Of a DNA stretch of 64,000 nt, positions 28,419 through 38,199 are shown piece after piece. The DNA lies in the IMG/VR virus record IMGVR_UViG_3300037189_028117, positions 18,977 through 82,976 of that record, one strand, 5' to 3'. A program made the position numbers and the translations under genes. Position 1 is the first letter of the stretch; every line of letters begins with the position of its first letter. The notes under the pieces were generated by a model. That model did not search any database. It worked only from the letters and a program-made list of their open reading frames with translations, and was not told the origin of the DNA. This stretch comes from a virus. Its lineage: Duplodnaviria > Heunggongvirae > Uroviricota > Caudoviricetes.

Positions 28419-29312
28419 ATGGCATCAGTAATAGATAGGGTTTTTAGATTTAATTTAGCTTCTCCTCCACCTTGGTTGAGAACAAATGTTCATTACGAAG
28501 TTGTTATGGGATCTACCGCTTATGGTGTATCTTCTGATAATTCTGATATGGACATTTATGGATTTTGTATTCCTCCTAAAGAATATATATTCCCTCATTT
28601 ATCCGGTTACATCAATGGTTTTGGTAAAAAACCTCCAAATTTTGAAGTTTGGACAGAACATCATATAAAAGACAAAGATAAAAACAAAGAATACGATTTT
28701 TCTATTTATGGAATTGTTAAATTTTTTCAATTGTGTATGGACAATAACCCAAACATGATTGATTCTCTTTTTGTTCCACAAAACTGCGTTCTTCATCAAA
28801 CCAGAGTCGCTACAATGATTAGAGATAATAGAAAAATATTTCTTCATAAGGGATGCTATCATAAATTTAAAGGTTACTCATTTAGTCAATTACATAAAGC
28901 TGAAATTAAAAATCCACAAGAAGGTTCAAAAAGATATGAAGATATAAAAAATCATGGTTATGATTCAAAATTCTTGTACCACGTTGTTAGACTTTTAGAT
29001 GAATGTGAGCAAATTCTTACATTAGGTGACCTTGATTTACAGAGGTCGAAAGAGTATCTTAAGGCCATCCGTAGAGGAGAAGTTTCCGAAGAAGATGTAA
29101 AATCTTATTTTAACGAAAAAGAAAAATATTTAAACAAATGTTACGAAGAATCAAAGCTTCCTTATTCTCCAGATGAGGATAAAATAAAAACTCTTCTTTT
29201 GAATTGCTTGGAGGACCATTATGGTTCTTTGGAAAAAGCTTATTTTGATCCTGGCAAAGCTGAAAAGGCTTTGATGGAAATAAAGCAAATAATTGAAAGA
29301 AATGTAAAATGA
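28419..29312 (+). CDS. Pol-beta-superfamily nucleotidyltransferase-fold protein
   Basis: 'GSTAYGVSSDNSDMDIYGF' = GS-x9-DxD NTase motif. Confidence 0.55.
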   Translation: MASVIDRVFRFNLASPPPWLRTNVHYEVVMGSTAYGVSSDNSDMDIYGFCIPPKEYIFPHLSGYINGFGKKPPNFEVWTEHHIKDKDKNKEYDFSIYGIVKFFQLCMDNNPNMIDSLFVPQNCVLHQTRVATMIRDNRKIFLHKGCYHKFKGYSFSQLHKAEIKNPQEGSKRYEDIKNHGYDSKFLYHVVRLLDECEQILTLGDLDLQRSKEYLKAIRRGEVSEEDVKSYFNEKEKYLNKCYEESKLPYSPDEDKIKTLLLNCLEDHYGSLEKAYFDPGKAEKALMEIKQIIERNVK

Positions 29313-29677
29313 ATTTAATGAACAAAAAATATTCTGAAAAAGAATTGGAAGTGAATATTGATTCATTTAATGATATTGATTGGATGAACGTTTGTGAATT
29401 TCAGAATTTATCTGAAGAATTTATGGAAAAATATTATAATAAGTTGAATTGGCTTTATGTTTCTAAATGTCAAAAATTATCTGAAAATTTTATAGAAAAA
29501 TATTCAGATGAATTATATTGGGATTTGATTTCTCAATATCAAAAATTATCAGAGTTTTTTATTAAAAAACATATAAATAAAATTAGTTTTTATGATCTTA
29601 TGTTAAATAAAAACATTTCAAAACATTTGAAAGAAGAAATAAAAGAAGAATTAGAGTTGTTGAAAGAAGTTATATGA
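29309..29677 (+). CDS. 23-aa-repeat family protein (3 repeats)
   Basis: 'KKYSEKELEVNIDSFNDIDW', 'LELLKEVI'. Confidence 0.7.
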   Translation: MNLMNKKYSEKELEVNIDSFNDIDWMNVCEFQNLSEEFMEKYYNKLNWLYVSKCQKLSENFIEKYSDELYWDLISQYQKLSEFFIKKHINKISFYDLMLNKNISKHLKEEIKEELELLKEVI

Positions 29678-29973
29678 AACATAATTTAGATTTAGTGTAT
29701 AAAAAATATACCGAAGAAGAATTAGAAAATAACATTCATTTATTTGAATTCAATGATTTTCGTAGAATTTATACATATCAAAAATTATCAGAAAAGTTTA
29801 TAGAAAAACATTCAACTAATGTTGATTGGGGATATATTTCTCATTATCAATATTTATCTGAAGAATTTATAAAAAAACATATAAATAAAATTAGTATTTA
29901 TTATTTAATGATGAACAAAAAAATCTCTAAGAACATCAAACAAGAAATAAAAACATTAAAGTATATAATATGA
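29674..29973 (+). CDS. 23-aa-repeat family protein (2 repeats)
   Basis: 'MKHNLDLVYKKYTEEELENNIHLF', 'IKTLKYII'. Confidence 0.7.
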   Translation: MKHNLDLVYKKYTEEELENNIHLFEFNDFRRIYTYQKLSEKFIEKHSTNVDWGYISHYQYLSEEFIKKHINKISIYYLMMNKKISKNIKQEIKTLKYII

Positions 29974-30269
29974 AAAAACATAATTTAGATTTATTTAAGA
30001 AATGTTCTGAAAAAGAATTAGAAAAAAACATTGATTTATTTAATCAAATTGAGTGGAATATTATTTCTTATTCTCAAAAATTATCAGAGTCATTTATAGA
30101 AAAATATTCACATAAACTTGATTGGGGATGGATTTCAATTTATCAAGAATTATCTGAAAAATTTATAATGAAACATCTTGATAAGATTAGTGTTTTTTGG
30201 TTAATGGAAAATAAAAAAATCTCTAATAATATTAAAAAAGAAATAAAAACATTAAAAGATATAATATAA
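29970..30269 (+). CDS. 23-aa-repeat family protein (2 repeats)
   Basis: 'MKKHNLDLFKKCSEKELEKNIDLF', 'IKTLKDII'. Confidence 0.7.
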   Translation: MKKHNLDLFKKCSEKELEKNIDLFNQIEWNIISYSQKLSESFIEKYSHKLDWGWISIYQELSEKFIMKHLDKISVFWLMENKKISNNIKKEIKTLKDII

Positions 30270-30373
30270 TGACAAAGCAAGAAAAGATATATAAACTATG
30301 TTTAAAGTTCATAAAAGAAAATAAAATTGGTTGCTCGGAAACTATTTTTCAAACCGACATGGTTTCTGAATAG
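30269..30373 (+). CDS. possible 34-aa micro-ORF (TAATG overlap)
   Basis: 'MTKQEKIYKLCLKFIKENKIGCSETIFQTDMVSE*'. Confidence 0.25.
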   Translation: MTKQEKIYKLCLKFIKENKIGCSETIFQTDMVSE

Positions 30374-30433
30374 GCATTACCTTTTATTGAAGAAATTTGT
30401 CAAATTGTTGGTTACGATAGGAGCGAAAGTTAA

Positions 30434-30997
30434 ATGGAAAGTTTTTTTCAATGGTATAATTTAATTTACTATGCAAGTTTGTTTGTTGGCATAATTCTTT
30501 CTTCATTGTCAGCTTTGGATGTTGACTTGGATATGGATGATGTTCCAAGCTCATTTTTCCAAGCGTTTGGAATTGGGAAAATACCAATAATGATAACAAT
30601 TGTCATCATTTGTTTGGTTTTTGGCTTTTTCGGAAATGTTTTTAATTATGTTTTTAGTATAAACTCTTTATCAACTTCATTTGATTATATTAAAGTTTTT
30701 TTATTATCTTTTATAACTTCAATAATTTTTCATTCTTTTACTGCTTATTTGTTTAATAATATTTTCAAAGACAAGCCAAATAAAGAAAATAAAATAATTG
30801 GTTCAAATGGAGTATTGAGAACGAAAGTTTCAAAAGAAAATAAAAAAGGATTGGCTAATTTTTACGTCAATGGAGATGTTTTTCAACATCATGTATATTT
30901 TGAAGATCTTGATGTGGATTTAATTCCATTGACAGATATAACCGCGGTTGGTTACAATGAAGAAACCAAAGAATATTTGGTAGAAAGAAAGGTATAA
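30434..30997 (+). CDS. NfeD-like membrane protein (flotillin partner)
   Basis: N-terminal TM helices, soluble C-terminal beta domain, SD 'aggag', immediately upstream of SPFH gene. Confidence 0.55.
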   Translation: MESFFQWYNLIYYASLFVGIILSSLSALDVDLDMDDVPSSFFQAFGIGKIPIMITIVIICLVFGFFGNVFNYVFSINSLSTSFDYIKVFLLSFITSIIFHSFTAYLFNNIFKDKPNKENKIIGSNGVLRTKVSKENKKGLANFYVNGDVFQHHVYFEDLDVDLIPLTDITAVGYNEETKEYLVERKV

Positions 30998-31090
30998 TGT
31001 TATTTTTAAATTATTTAGTTTTGGGTGTATTTTCATCCATATTGTTTGTGTATTTTGTTAATAAGTTTTTAAAGAAAGGTAAAATGTAAT

Positions 31091-32932
31091 ATGAATATTT
31101 TTTTAGTAGTTTTAAGTTTAATTATGTTATTTTCACAAGTTCTTCTTGGTCTTGTTGGGATAACTTTAAGTCCAGTATCTAATATGATAATTTCTGGATT
31201 AGCCATTTTAGTTTTAATGGCAGTAACTTCAATTTTGGTAGTTACTAAACTATACGTAAGAGCAAAGCCGAATGCTGCCTTTGTAAGAACCGGTATGGGT
31301 GGCCTTAAGGTTGTAAAAGATGGTGGTGCATTAGTAATTCCAATTCTTCATCAAATTGTTTGGGTTAACCTAGAAACAATTAGACTAGAAGTCAACCGCT
31401 CAGGTAAAGATGCACTTATAGTAAAGGACATGCGCGCAGACATACAGGCAGAATTCTTCGTAAGAGTTCAACCAGACGAATCCTCTATTCAATCCGCAGC
31501 AAGATCTCTTGGAGATAAGAAAGATGCCACAAATTCAATTGCAGCTCTTTTGATTGATAAGCTTGTCTCTGCCTTACGTACGGCAGCAGCAGTTAAAACA
31601 TTGGCTCAACTAAACTCAGAAAGAGAAGAATTCGTAAAAGAAGTTACAAATCAAATTAAAGAAGATTTGGCTCATAACGGGTTTACGTTAGAAACGGTTA
31701 CAATTTCGGCACTTGACCAAACTGATGTTATTCATTTTAAAGCAACAAATACTTTTGATGCTCAAGGCTTGGCAAATATTGCCCAAATTACAGAATCAAA
31801 TTTAACCAAAAAGAATGAAGCGGAGAATCTAAATAAGAAAGCTCGTAAGGAACAGGATGTAAAAACTGCTCTTTCTGTTTTTGATTTAGAGAAAACTCAA
31901 GCTGAAGCTGCGGCAAAACAAAAAACTGAAATTGCAATTGTTACAGCTGAACAAGAAAAGCAAGCAAAAGAAAAAGTAATTGAAGCTGAAAGATCTGTAG
32001 ATTTAGCTAACGTTGAAAGAATGAAAACAATTGAAATTGCAAAACGTGAACAAGAAAAGGCTGCAGAAATCGCAGCTAAAGAAAAAGAACGTTCGATTGT
32101 TGATGCTGAAAAGTTGGTTGAAGTCGCTAAACGTTTGCAACAAGAAGCAATTGCTCAAGCTGAAGCTAAGAAAGCATTAGAAGAAGCAAAACAAGCTCAA
32201 GCGGAAGCTTCTAGAGCTGAAGAAAGACAAAAAATTCTAACAGTAGAAGAAGTTGCAAAGGCAAATCGTGATAAGACCGTAAATGTTACAAAAGCAGAAG
32301 CGGAAGCTCAACAAAACCTTGTTACAGCACAAAAACAAGCAGACGCAGATGCTTATAAAATTACAGCTCAAGCTGAGGCAAGAAAAGCATCAGCCGATGC
32401 TGACGCAGAAGCAATTAAAAAGAAGGCAGAAGCAGAAGCCGAAGCCGTAAAAAGAAAAGCTGAAGCAGACGCTTTCGCAAAGACAAATATGGCACAAGCA
32501 GAACGTTCTCAGTTGTTAGCTCTTGCAGAAGGTACAAAAGCTCAACAAATGGTTCCAGTGGAAGTTGCAGAAAAGCAAGTTGCCGTTGATAAATCAAGAG
32601 TTGAAGATGTTCTTAAACCAGAACTTGAGGCTCGTGAAAAGAGCGGTAAGGTTGCTCAAGAATTTGAGATTGAACAAATGAAAATAAAATATAATGCAGA
32701 AATAAGCGTTGCTTATGCTCAAGCATTAGGTTCAATGGCTGGTAAGTTTGAAGCAACACTATATGGAACTCCCGAGCAAGCTGCTGATATGTTTAGCAAG
32801 TTTGGTAAAGGGTTTGGTTTAGCTCAAACTTTAGAGGGTATGATTGATGGTTCTGGAGAAGGAACCAGAAATCTAATTCAAAAAGCTGGTGAGGCTGTTG
32901 AATCATTGCTACCTAAAAAAGAAGAAAAATAA
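31091..32932 (+). CDS. SPFH/band-7 flotillin-like protein (YqiK/FloA type)
   Basis: N-terminal TM, SPFH domain, long Ala/Glu-rich 'AEAEA' coiled coil. Confidence 0.8.
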   Translation: MNIFLVVLSLIMLFSQVLLGLVGITLSPVSNMIISGLAILVLMAVTSILVVTKLYVRAKPNAAFVRTGMGGLKVVKDGGALVIPILHQIVWVNLETIRLEVNRSGKDALIVKDMRADIQAEFFVRVQPDESSIQSAARSLGDKKDATNSIAALLIDKLVSALRTAAAVKTLAQLNSEREEFVKEVTNQIKEDLAHNGFTLETVTISALDQTDVIHFKATNTFDAQGLANIAQITESNLTKKNEAENLNKKARKEQDVKTALSVFDLEKTQAEAAAKQKTEIAIVTAEQEKQAKEKVIEAERSVDLANVERMKTIEIAKREQEKAAEIAAKEKERSIVDAEKLVEVAKRLQQEAIAQAEAKKALEEAKQAQAEASRAEERQKILTVEEVAKANRDKTVNVTKAEAEAQQNLVTAQKQADADAYKITAQAEARKASADADAEAIKKKAEAEAEAVKRKAEADAFAKTNMAQAERSQLLALAEGTKAQQMVPVEVAEKQVAVDKSRVEDVLKPELEAREKSGKVAQEFEIEQMKIKYNAEISVAYAQALGSMAGKFEATLYGTPEQAADMFSKFGKGFGLAQTLEGMIDGSGEGTRNLIQKAGEAVESLLPKKEEK

Positions 32933-32960
32933 GATTGACTAAACGGTCATCCTCATGGTA

Positions 32961-32998
32961 AAAGGAGGAGAGGTTAATTCCTCTCCTCCTTTTTATTT
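32961..32998 (+). terminator. strong intrinsic terminator after flotillin gene
   Basis: 'aaaggaggagagg-ttaatt-cctctcctccttt' + 'ttttatttg'. Confidence 0.8.
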
Positions 32999-33001
32999 GA
33001 T

Positions 33002-33382
33002 ATGAAACATAATTTAGATTTAATAAATAATAATTCTTCCGAAGAAGAATTAGAAAAATATATACACTTATTTGAATCGCTTGATTGGATATATATTTCT
33101 GCGTATCAAAAATTATCTGAAGAATTTATAGAAAATCATTCAGATGATGTTCGTTGGGATAAAATTTCTAAATACCAAATTTTATCAGAAAATTTTATTG
33201 AAAAATATTCAGATAAGCTTAGGTGGGATTATATTTCTTATTATCAAAAATTATCCGAAGAATTTATAAAAAAACATATCAATAAAATTGATGTTGAAGA
33301 GTTAATAGAAAACAATAAAATTTCTAAAAAGTTAAAAGAAAAAATTGAAAAAGAAATTAATTTATTGAAAGAAATTATATGA
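33002..33382 (+). CDS. 23-aa-repeat family protein (3 repeats)
   Basis: canonical caps. Confidence 0.7.
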   Translation: MKHNLDLINNNSSEEELEKYIHLFESLDWIYISAYQKLSEEFIENHSDDVRWDKISKYQILSENFIEKYSDKLRWDYISYYQKLSEEFIKKHINKIDVEELIENNKISKKLKEKIEKEINLLKEII

Positions 33383-33815
33383 AACATAATTTAAGTCTAA
33401 GTGATAAAAAATATTCGGAAAAAATTTTAGAAAAAAATATTAAATTATTTACGGAATGGGATTGGTTTTTCATTTCAAGATATCAAAATTTATCAGAACA
33501 ATTTACAGAAAAAAATGTAGATAAACTTCATTGGGGTTGCATTTCTTGCTTTAAAAAATTATCTGAATGTTTTTTATAAAATATTCAGATAAATTAAATT
33601 GGAACTTGATTTCTAGATATCAAAAGTTATCAGAAAATTTTATAAAAAAACATTCAGATAAAGTTAATTGGTATGAAATTTCTTATTATCAAAAATTATC
33701 CGGTAAATTTATAAAAAGAAATGTTAATAAAATTAATTTTACTTTGCTTATGATGAATAAAAACATTTCAGATGGAATAAAAAATGAAATACTGACTTTG
33801 AAAGAAATTATATGA
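33379..33815 (+). pseudogene. 23-aa-repeat family member split by frameshift in a T6 run (~33573); called as two ORFs 33379-33579 and 33567-33815
   Basis: '...CFKKLSECFL*' then other frame 'FIKYSDKLNWNLISRYQKLSE...'; one extra T would restore 'LSECFFIKYSDKLNW'. Confidence 0.55.
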
Positions 33816-34057
33816 AAAAACATAATTTAAATTTGGCCAGGAATAAATATTCAGAAAAAGAATTAGAAGATAATATTAACTTTTTTGATCTAATAGATTG
33901 GGGAGATATTGCTTATCATCAAGAATTATCCGAAGAATTTATAAAAAAACATATTAATAAAATTAGTATTTTTTTATTAATGAGAAACAAGAAAATTTCT
34001 AAAAAATTAAAAGAAAAAATTGAAAAAGAAATTAATTTATTGAAAGAAATTATATAA
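33812..34057 (+). CDS. 23-aa-repeat family protein (1 repeat)
   Basis: caps with single repeat. Confidence 0.65.
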   Translation: MKKHNLNLARNKYSEKELEDNINFFDLIDWGDIAYHQELSEEFIKKHINKISIFLLMRNKKISKKLKEKIEKEINLLKEII

Positions 34058-34350
34058 TGCTAAATGAATATATTTTAATTTACATACCAAATAAAAACAA
34101 TGAATTTTTTGATTTTTTTATTTCTTATGATAAAAATTATCAAAATAATGATGATCTTGGAAAATATTTCAAAAAATTTGAACCAAATACAATAGATATT
34201 GAATTGTTTTTAACAGAAATTGATAATGATTATTTATTTAAATTAAATAATAAAGTTAAAGAAGATGGTTTTTATTGTTATTTGAAATATAAGAAAAAAA
34301 CAATAAAACAAGATATAAAAAATTTGTTAACGATTAAGGATATTATATAA
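34057..34350 (+). CDS. hypothetical protein ending 'LLTIKDII'
   Basis: shared C-tail only. Confidence 0.4.
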   Translation: MLNEYILIYIPNKNNEFFDFFISYDKNYQNNDDLGKYFKKFEPNTIDIELFLTEIDNDYLFKLNNKVKEDGFYCYLKYKKKTIKQDIKNLLTIKDII

Positions 34351-34361
34351 AGGAAAATCGA

Positions 34362-35411
34362 ATGATAAAAAACACAATAGGAATACCAAAAGAAATAAAA
34401 AAATTTGAATTTAGAGTTGGAGCAACTCCAACTTGTGTAAAAGCTTACAAGAAAATTTGCGAATATGTTTTCGTTGAAGCTGGAGCTGGTATAGGTTCCG
34501 GCTTTTCTGACGATGAATATGCTGAAGCTGGAGCAACAATTGTATCCACAGCAAAAGAAGCTTGGAATGCTGAAATGGTTATAAAAGTAAAAGAACCTCA
34601 ACCTTCTGAATTTCAATATTTTGAAAAAGGTAAATTTCTTTATACTTACCTTCATTTAGCAGCTTTCCCAGATTTAACAGAAGCTTTGGTTCGCTCTGAG
34701 ATGAATTGCGTTGGATATGAAACAATCTCAGAAAACAATTCTTTAGTTTGTCTAGAACCAATGTCCATCATTGCTGGCAAGCTGGCTGCTCAGAAGGGGT
34801 CCGAGTACCTCCTAGCGCCACACGGTAGGGGCATTTTAATGGGGGGTCTTCCTGGAATTCCTCCAGCCAATGTAACCATTGTTGGTGGTGGTTCAGTCGG
34901 AACGGCCGCTGCAAGAGTATCTATTGGCATGGGAGCAAACGTTACCATACTTGATATTTCTCAAAAAAGATTATATGAATTAGAAAATATATTTGGAAAT
35001 TCAGTTAATTTATTATTATCAAATGATAAAAATATAAAATCAACATTAGTAAATACTGATCTTTTAATTGGTGCAGTTCTTATTCCTGGTAAAAAAGCTC
35101 CAAAATTATTTAATTCAATTTTACTTAATTTAATGAAAAGAAATTCTGTATTTGTTGATGTTGCCATAGATCAAGGTGGTTGTTCAGATACATCTGTGCC
35201 TACTACACATGATAATCCTATATATTATAAAGATAATATTTTGCATTATTGTGTAGCAAATATGCCTTCTGTATCAGCTAGAACATCAACTTTAGCCTTA
35301 ACTAATTCAACTTTAAAATATGGTTTAGATTTATTTTTAAATAAAGATAGAAAATGCGAAATAGATAAAGGTTGGCAAATTAATAAAAACGGAATGATAA
35401 TATCAATGTGA
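34362..35411 (+). CDS. ald: L-alanine dehydrogenase
   Basis: near-colinear with bacterial Ald: 'IGIPKEIKKFEFRV', 'AGAGIGSGF', 'AEMVIKVKEP', 'YTYLHLAA', 'VTIVGGGSVGTAAAR', 'VDVAIDQGG', 'HYCVANMP'; SD 'aaaggaaaatcg'. Confidence 0.85.
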   Translation: MIKNTIGIPKEIKKFEFRVGATPTCVKAYKKICEYVFVEAGAGIGSGFSDDEYAEAGATIVSTAKEAWNAEMVIKVKEPQPSEFQYFEKGKFLYTYLHLAAFPDLTEALVRSEMNCVGYETISENNSLVCLEPMSIIAGKLAAQKGSEYLLAPHGRGILMGGLPGIPPANVTIVGGGSVGTAAARVSIGMGANVTILDISQKRLYELENIFGNSVNLLLSNDKNIKSTLVNTDLLIGAVLIPGKKAPKLFNSILLNLMKRNSVFVDVAIDQGGCSDTSVPTTHDNPIYYKDNILHYCVANMPSVSARTSTLALTNSTLKYGLDLFLNKDRKCEIDKGWQINKNGMIISM

Positions 35412-35442
35412 AATTTTCACATCACTTGATATATATAAAAGT

Positions 35443-36273
35443 ATGTCTAAATGGCGACCAGCATCAGAATGTACATATGTAATTGGTGATATTCATGGTT
35501 ATAATGAACCTTTGAATTTAATATTAAAAAGAATATTGCCTTTAAGAAAAAATGATAAAATAATATTCTTAGGAGATTATGTTGATAGGGGGCCAGATTC
35601 CGCTGGAGTAATTGATACAATAATTTCTTTAAAAGAAGAATATGGAGATCAAATTATAGCTTTAATGGGTAATCATGAGTGGTTGTTTATGGCTTCCATG
35701 GGTAAGTTAAATAATAAAGTATACTATGATGACCCTTTACAAATTTGGTTTTCAAATGGAGCATATAATACTTTGTGGTCTTATGTAAGATCAAAGGGTG
35801 TATCAGAAAATGATATGCGACAAATGCCATTAGATAGATTTAATAATATAATTCCACAAAAACATTTTGATTTTTTAACTAATTTACCATATTTTTATGA
35901 AACAAATGATTATATATTTGTTCATGCAGGTTGTGATCCATATGAAAATATAAGTCTTCAAAATGAAAATGATTTAATTTGGGACAGATCCTTATTTAAT
36001 AAGGTGCTTTCATTAATAGCAAATGACAAAGAGGTTGATTTTCCAAAAACAATTGTAACTGGACATAATAGTCGAGGACCAGTTATTACAAGTAAGTTCA
36101 TGATGATAGATTGTAGCTCTTCAAAGAGAATAATGTGTCTAGAATTGAATTCTATGGAAGCATTTTTTGCTGAACCAGGAAATAAAAGACTAGTAAAATG
36201 TGATGTGCAGGAATCAAATAAAAAAGATTTAGGCATAAATAATATAAAACAAGCTGTATTTAAAAGATGTTAA
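35443..36273 (+). CDS. PPP-family Ser/Thr phosphatase / ApaH-like metallophosphoesterase
   Basis: 'VIGDIHGY', 'LGDYVDRGPDS', 'GNHE'. Confidence 0.75.
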   Translation: MSKWRPASECTYVIGDIHGYNEPLNLILKRILPLRKNDKIIFLGDYVDRGPDSAGVIDTIISLKEEYGDQIIALMGNHEWLFMASMGKLNNKVYYDDPLQIWFSNGAYNTLWSYVRSKGVSENDMRQMPLDRFNNIIPQKHFDFLTNLPYFYETNDYIFVHAGCDPYENISLQNENDLIWDRSLFNKVLSLIANDKEVDFPKTIVTGHNSRGPVITSKFMMIDCSSSKRIMCLELNSMEAFFAEPGNKRLVKCDVQESNKKDLGINNIKQAVFKRC

Positions 36274-38189
36274 AAAAAGAAAAAACTCTTATCATTGTAG
36301 AATCTCCAGGTAAAGTTAAAAAAATCCAAGAGTATCTTGGAAATAACTATCTTGTTACAGCATCTTATGGACATATAAGAGATTTGGATCATAGCGGACC
36401 CATGAATATGGGTGTAAATTTGCAAACATTTACTCCAACATATAAAATCATAGAAAATAAACGTGATAAAGTTTCTGCGATAATACATTTAGCTTCTTCT
36501 GTAAAAGAAATTTATTTAGCAACCGACCCTGATAGAGAAGGTGAAGCTATTGCTTGGCATTTGTATTTTTGTTTAGAGTCGGTTGGTTGCCCAATAAAAA
36601 GAGTAAAGTTTAACGAAATTACAAAAAAAGCTATACAGAAAGCTGTAAAGAATGCTCACGACTTAGATTATAAATTATTCGAATCACAACAATCAAGAAG
36701 AGTAATTGATAGAGTTGTTGGCTTTATGTCATCAGATTACTTAAGAAAGTATTATAATAAGAATTATTCTGCTGGAAGAGTGCAATCTGTTGCTGCTAAA
36801 TTAATTGTCGATCGAGAATCAGAAATTTCAAATTTTATTCCGGAAGAATATTGGAATGTTTCTGTTATTTTGCAAAAAAATAAAAAACAATTTGAGGCAA
36901 AATTAAATCAAAAACCAAAGAATAAAAAAGATGCAGTTGCAATCCAAACAAAATTAAATGGGGCAACTTTATCTGTTAAAAATATAAAATCCGAAAAGAA
37001 TTTTAGACAACCAAATCCACCATTTATTACTTCTTCATTACAACAATATTGCTCTCAAAAACTTAATGTAAAAGTTGGAGAAATAATGAAGCAAGCTCAA
37101 TCTTTATATGAAGCAGGTTTAATTACTTATATGAGAACTGATTCTACAAGATGTTCTGATGAATCAATAATATCGGCTAGAGAAGAAATAAAAAATTTAG
37201 GATTTAATGTACCAGTTAAATCAAATAATTTTTCAAAAGGAAAAGCTTCCCAAGACGCTCACGAAGCAATTCGTCCAACAAACCCTAATGTTAAACCAAA
37301 TGATGCATTTATAAGTGATGATATAAAAGACTTATATAATTTAATTTGGGAAAGATTCATTGCTTCTCAAATGGAACCGGCAGAGATAGATTCTACAATT
37401 ATAAATTTTAACTATAATGGAATAGAATTGAAGTCCATAGGTAAAACCATAAAAAACAAAGGTTGGTTAGGGTTTATAAAAGAAAATGAAGAATTAGAAG
37501 AACTTCCAAATATATCTGAAAAAGATTCTTTTGTTGTTTTAGATGTTAAATTGGAACAGAAATTTACACAACCACCAAGTAGATATACAGAAGCTTCTCT
37601 TGTAAAAGAACTAGAAAAACGTGGCATTGGAAGACCTTCCACATATGCATCAATTACAGAAACAGTTAAAGATAGAGGTTATGTTGGATTGGATGGAAAA
37701 AGCTATAAGCCAACCAGTGTAGGAATTGATATTATAAATAATTTATATAATAAATTTTCTTTTATGAAATATGATTATACTTCTAAGATAGAAGAAAAAC
37801 TTGATGATATTTCCGAAGGAAAATATAATTATAATGATATGATGGAAGAATTCTTTAAAGAATTTAGAGTAGAATATCGAGAAGCTACAAAAGATCCAGA
37901 CACTCATACTGAATATGAGTGTTACTTATGCGAATCACCTATGGTTTTGAAAAAAGGTAAATTTGGAGATTTCTTAGCTTGTAGCGATATGCCTTTTTGC
38001 AAAGCAACAATTGGTGTAAATATAGTTCATGGAATACCTATTCCAAATAATATAGTTGATAAAAACCCTTATATGGATTATAAATGTAAAAAATGCAATG
38101 ATTTTATGTATTTAGTTTATTTTGGAAAAATTAAAAGAGTCCATTGTATGGATGAAAGTTGTGGCGGATCATATATAATAGAAAGGTAA
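36267..38189 (+). CDS. topA: DNA topoisomerase I (type IA)
   Basis: TOPRIM 'LIIVESPGKVKKI', 'DPDREGEAI', catalytic Tyr context 'GLITYMRTDS', C-terminal Cys4 zinc ribbons. Confidence 0.9.
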   Translation: MLKKEKTLIIVESPGKVKKIQEYLGNNYLVTASYGHIRDLDHSGPMNMGVNLQTFTPTYKIIENKRDKVSAIIHLASSVKEIYLATDPDREGEAIAWHLYFCLESVGCPIKRVKFNEITKKAIQKAVKNAHDLDYKLFESQQSRRVIDRVVGFMSSDYLRKYYNKNYSAGRVQSVAAKLIVDRESEISNFIPEEYWNVSVILQKNKKQFEAKLNQKPKNKKDAVAIQTKLNGATLSVKNIKSEKNFRQPNPPFITSSLQQYCSQKLNVKVGEIMKQAQSLYEAGLITYMRTDSTRCSDESIISAREEIKNLGFNVPVKSNNFSKGKASQDAHEAIRPTNPNVKPNDAFISDDIKDLYNLIWERFIASQMEPAEIDSTIINFNYNGIELKSIGKTIKNKGWLGFIKENEELEELPNISEKDSFVVLDVKLEQKFTQPPSRYTEASLVKELEKRGIGRPSTYASITETVKDRGYVGLDGKSYKPTSVGIDIINNLYNKFSFMKYDYTSKIEEKLDDISEGKYNYNDMMEEFFKEFRVEYREATKDPDTHTEYECYLCESPMVLKKGKFGDFLACSDMPFCKATIGVNIVHGIPIPNNIVDKNPYMDYKCKKCNDFMYLVYFGKIKRVHCMDESCGGSYIIER

Positions 38190-38199
38190 AATATAAATA

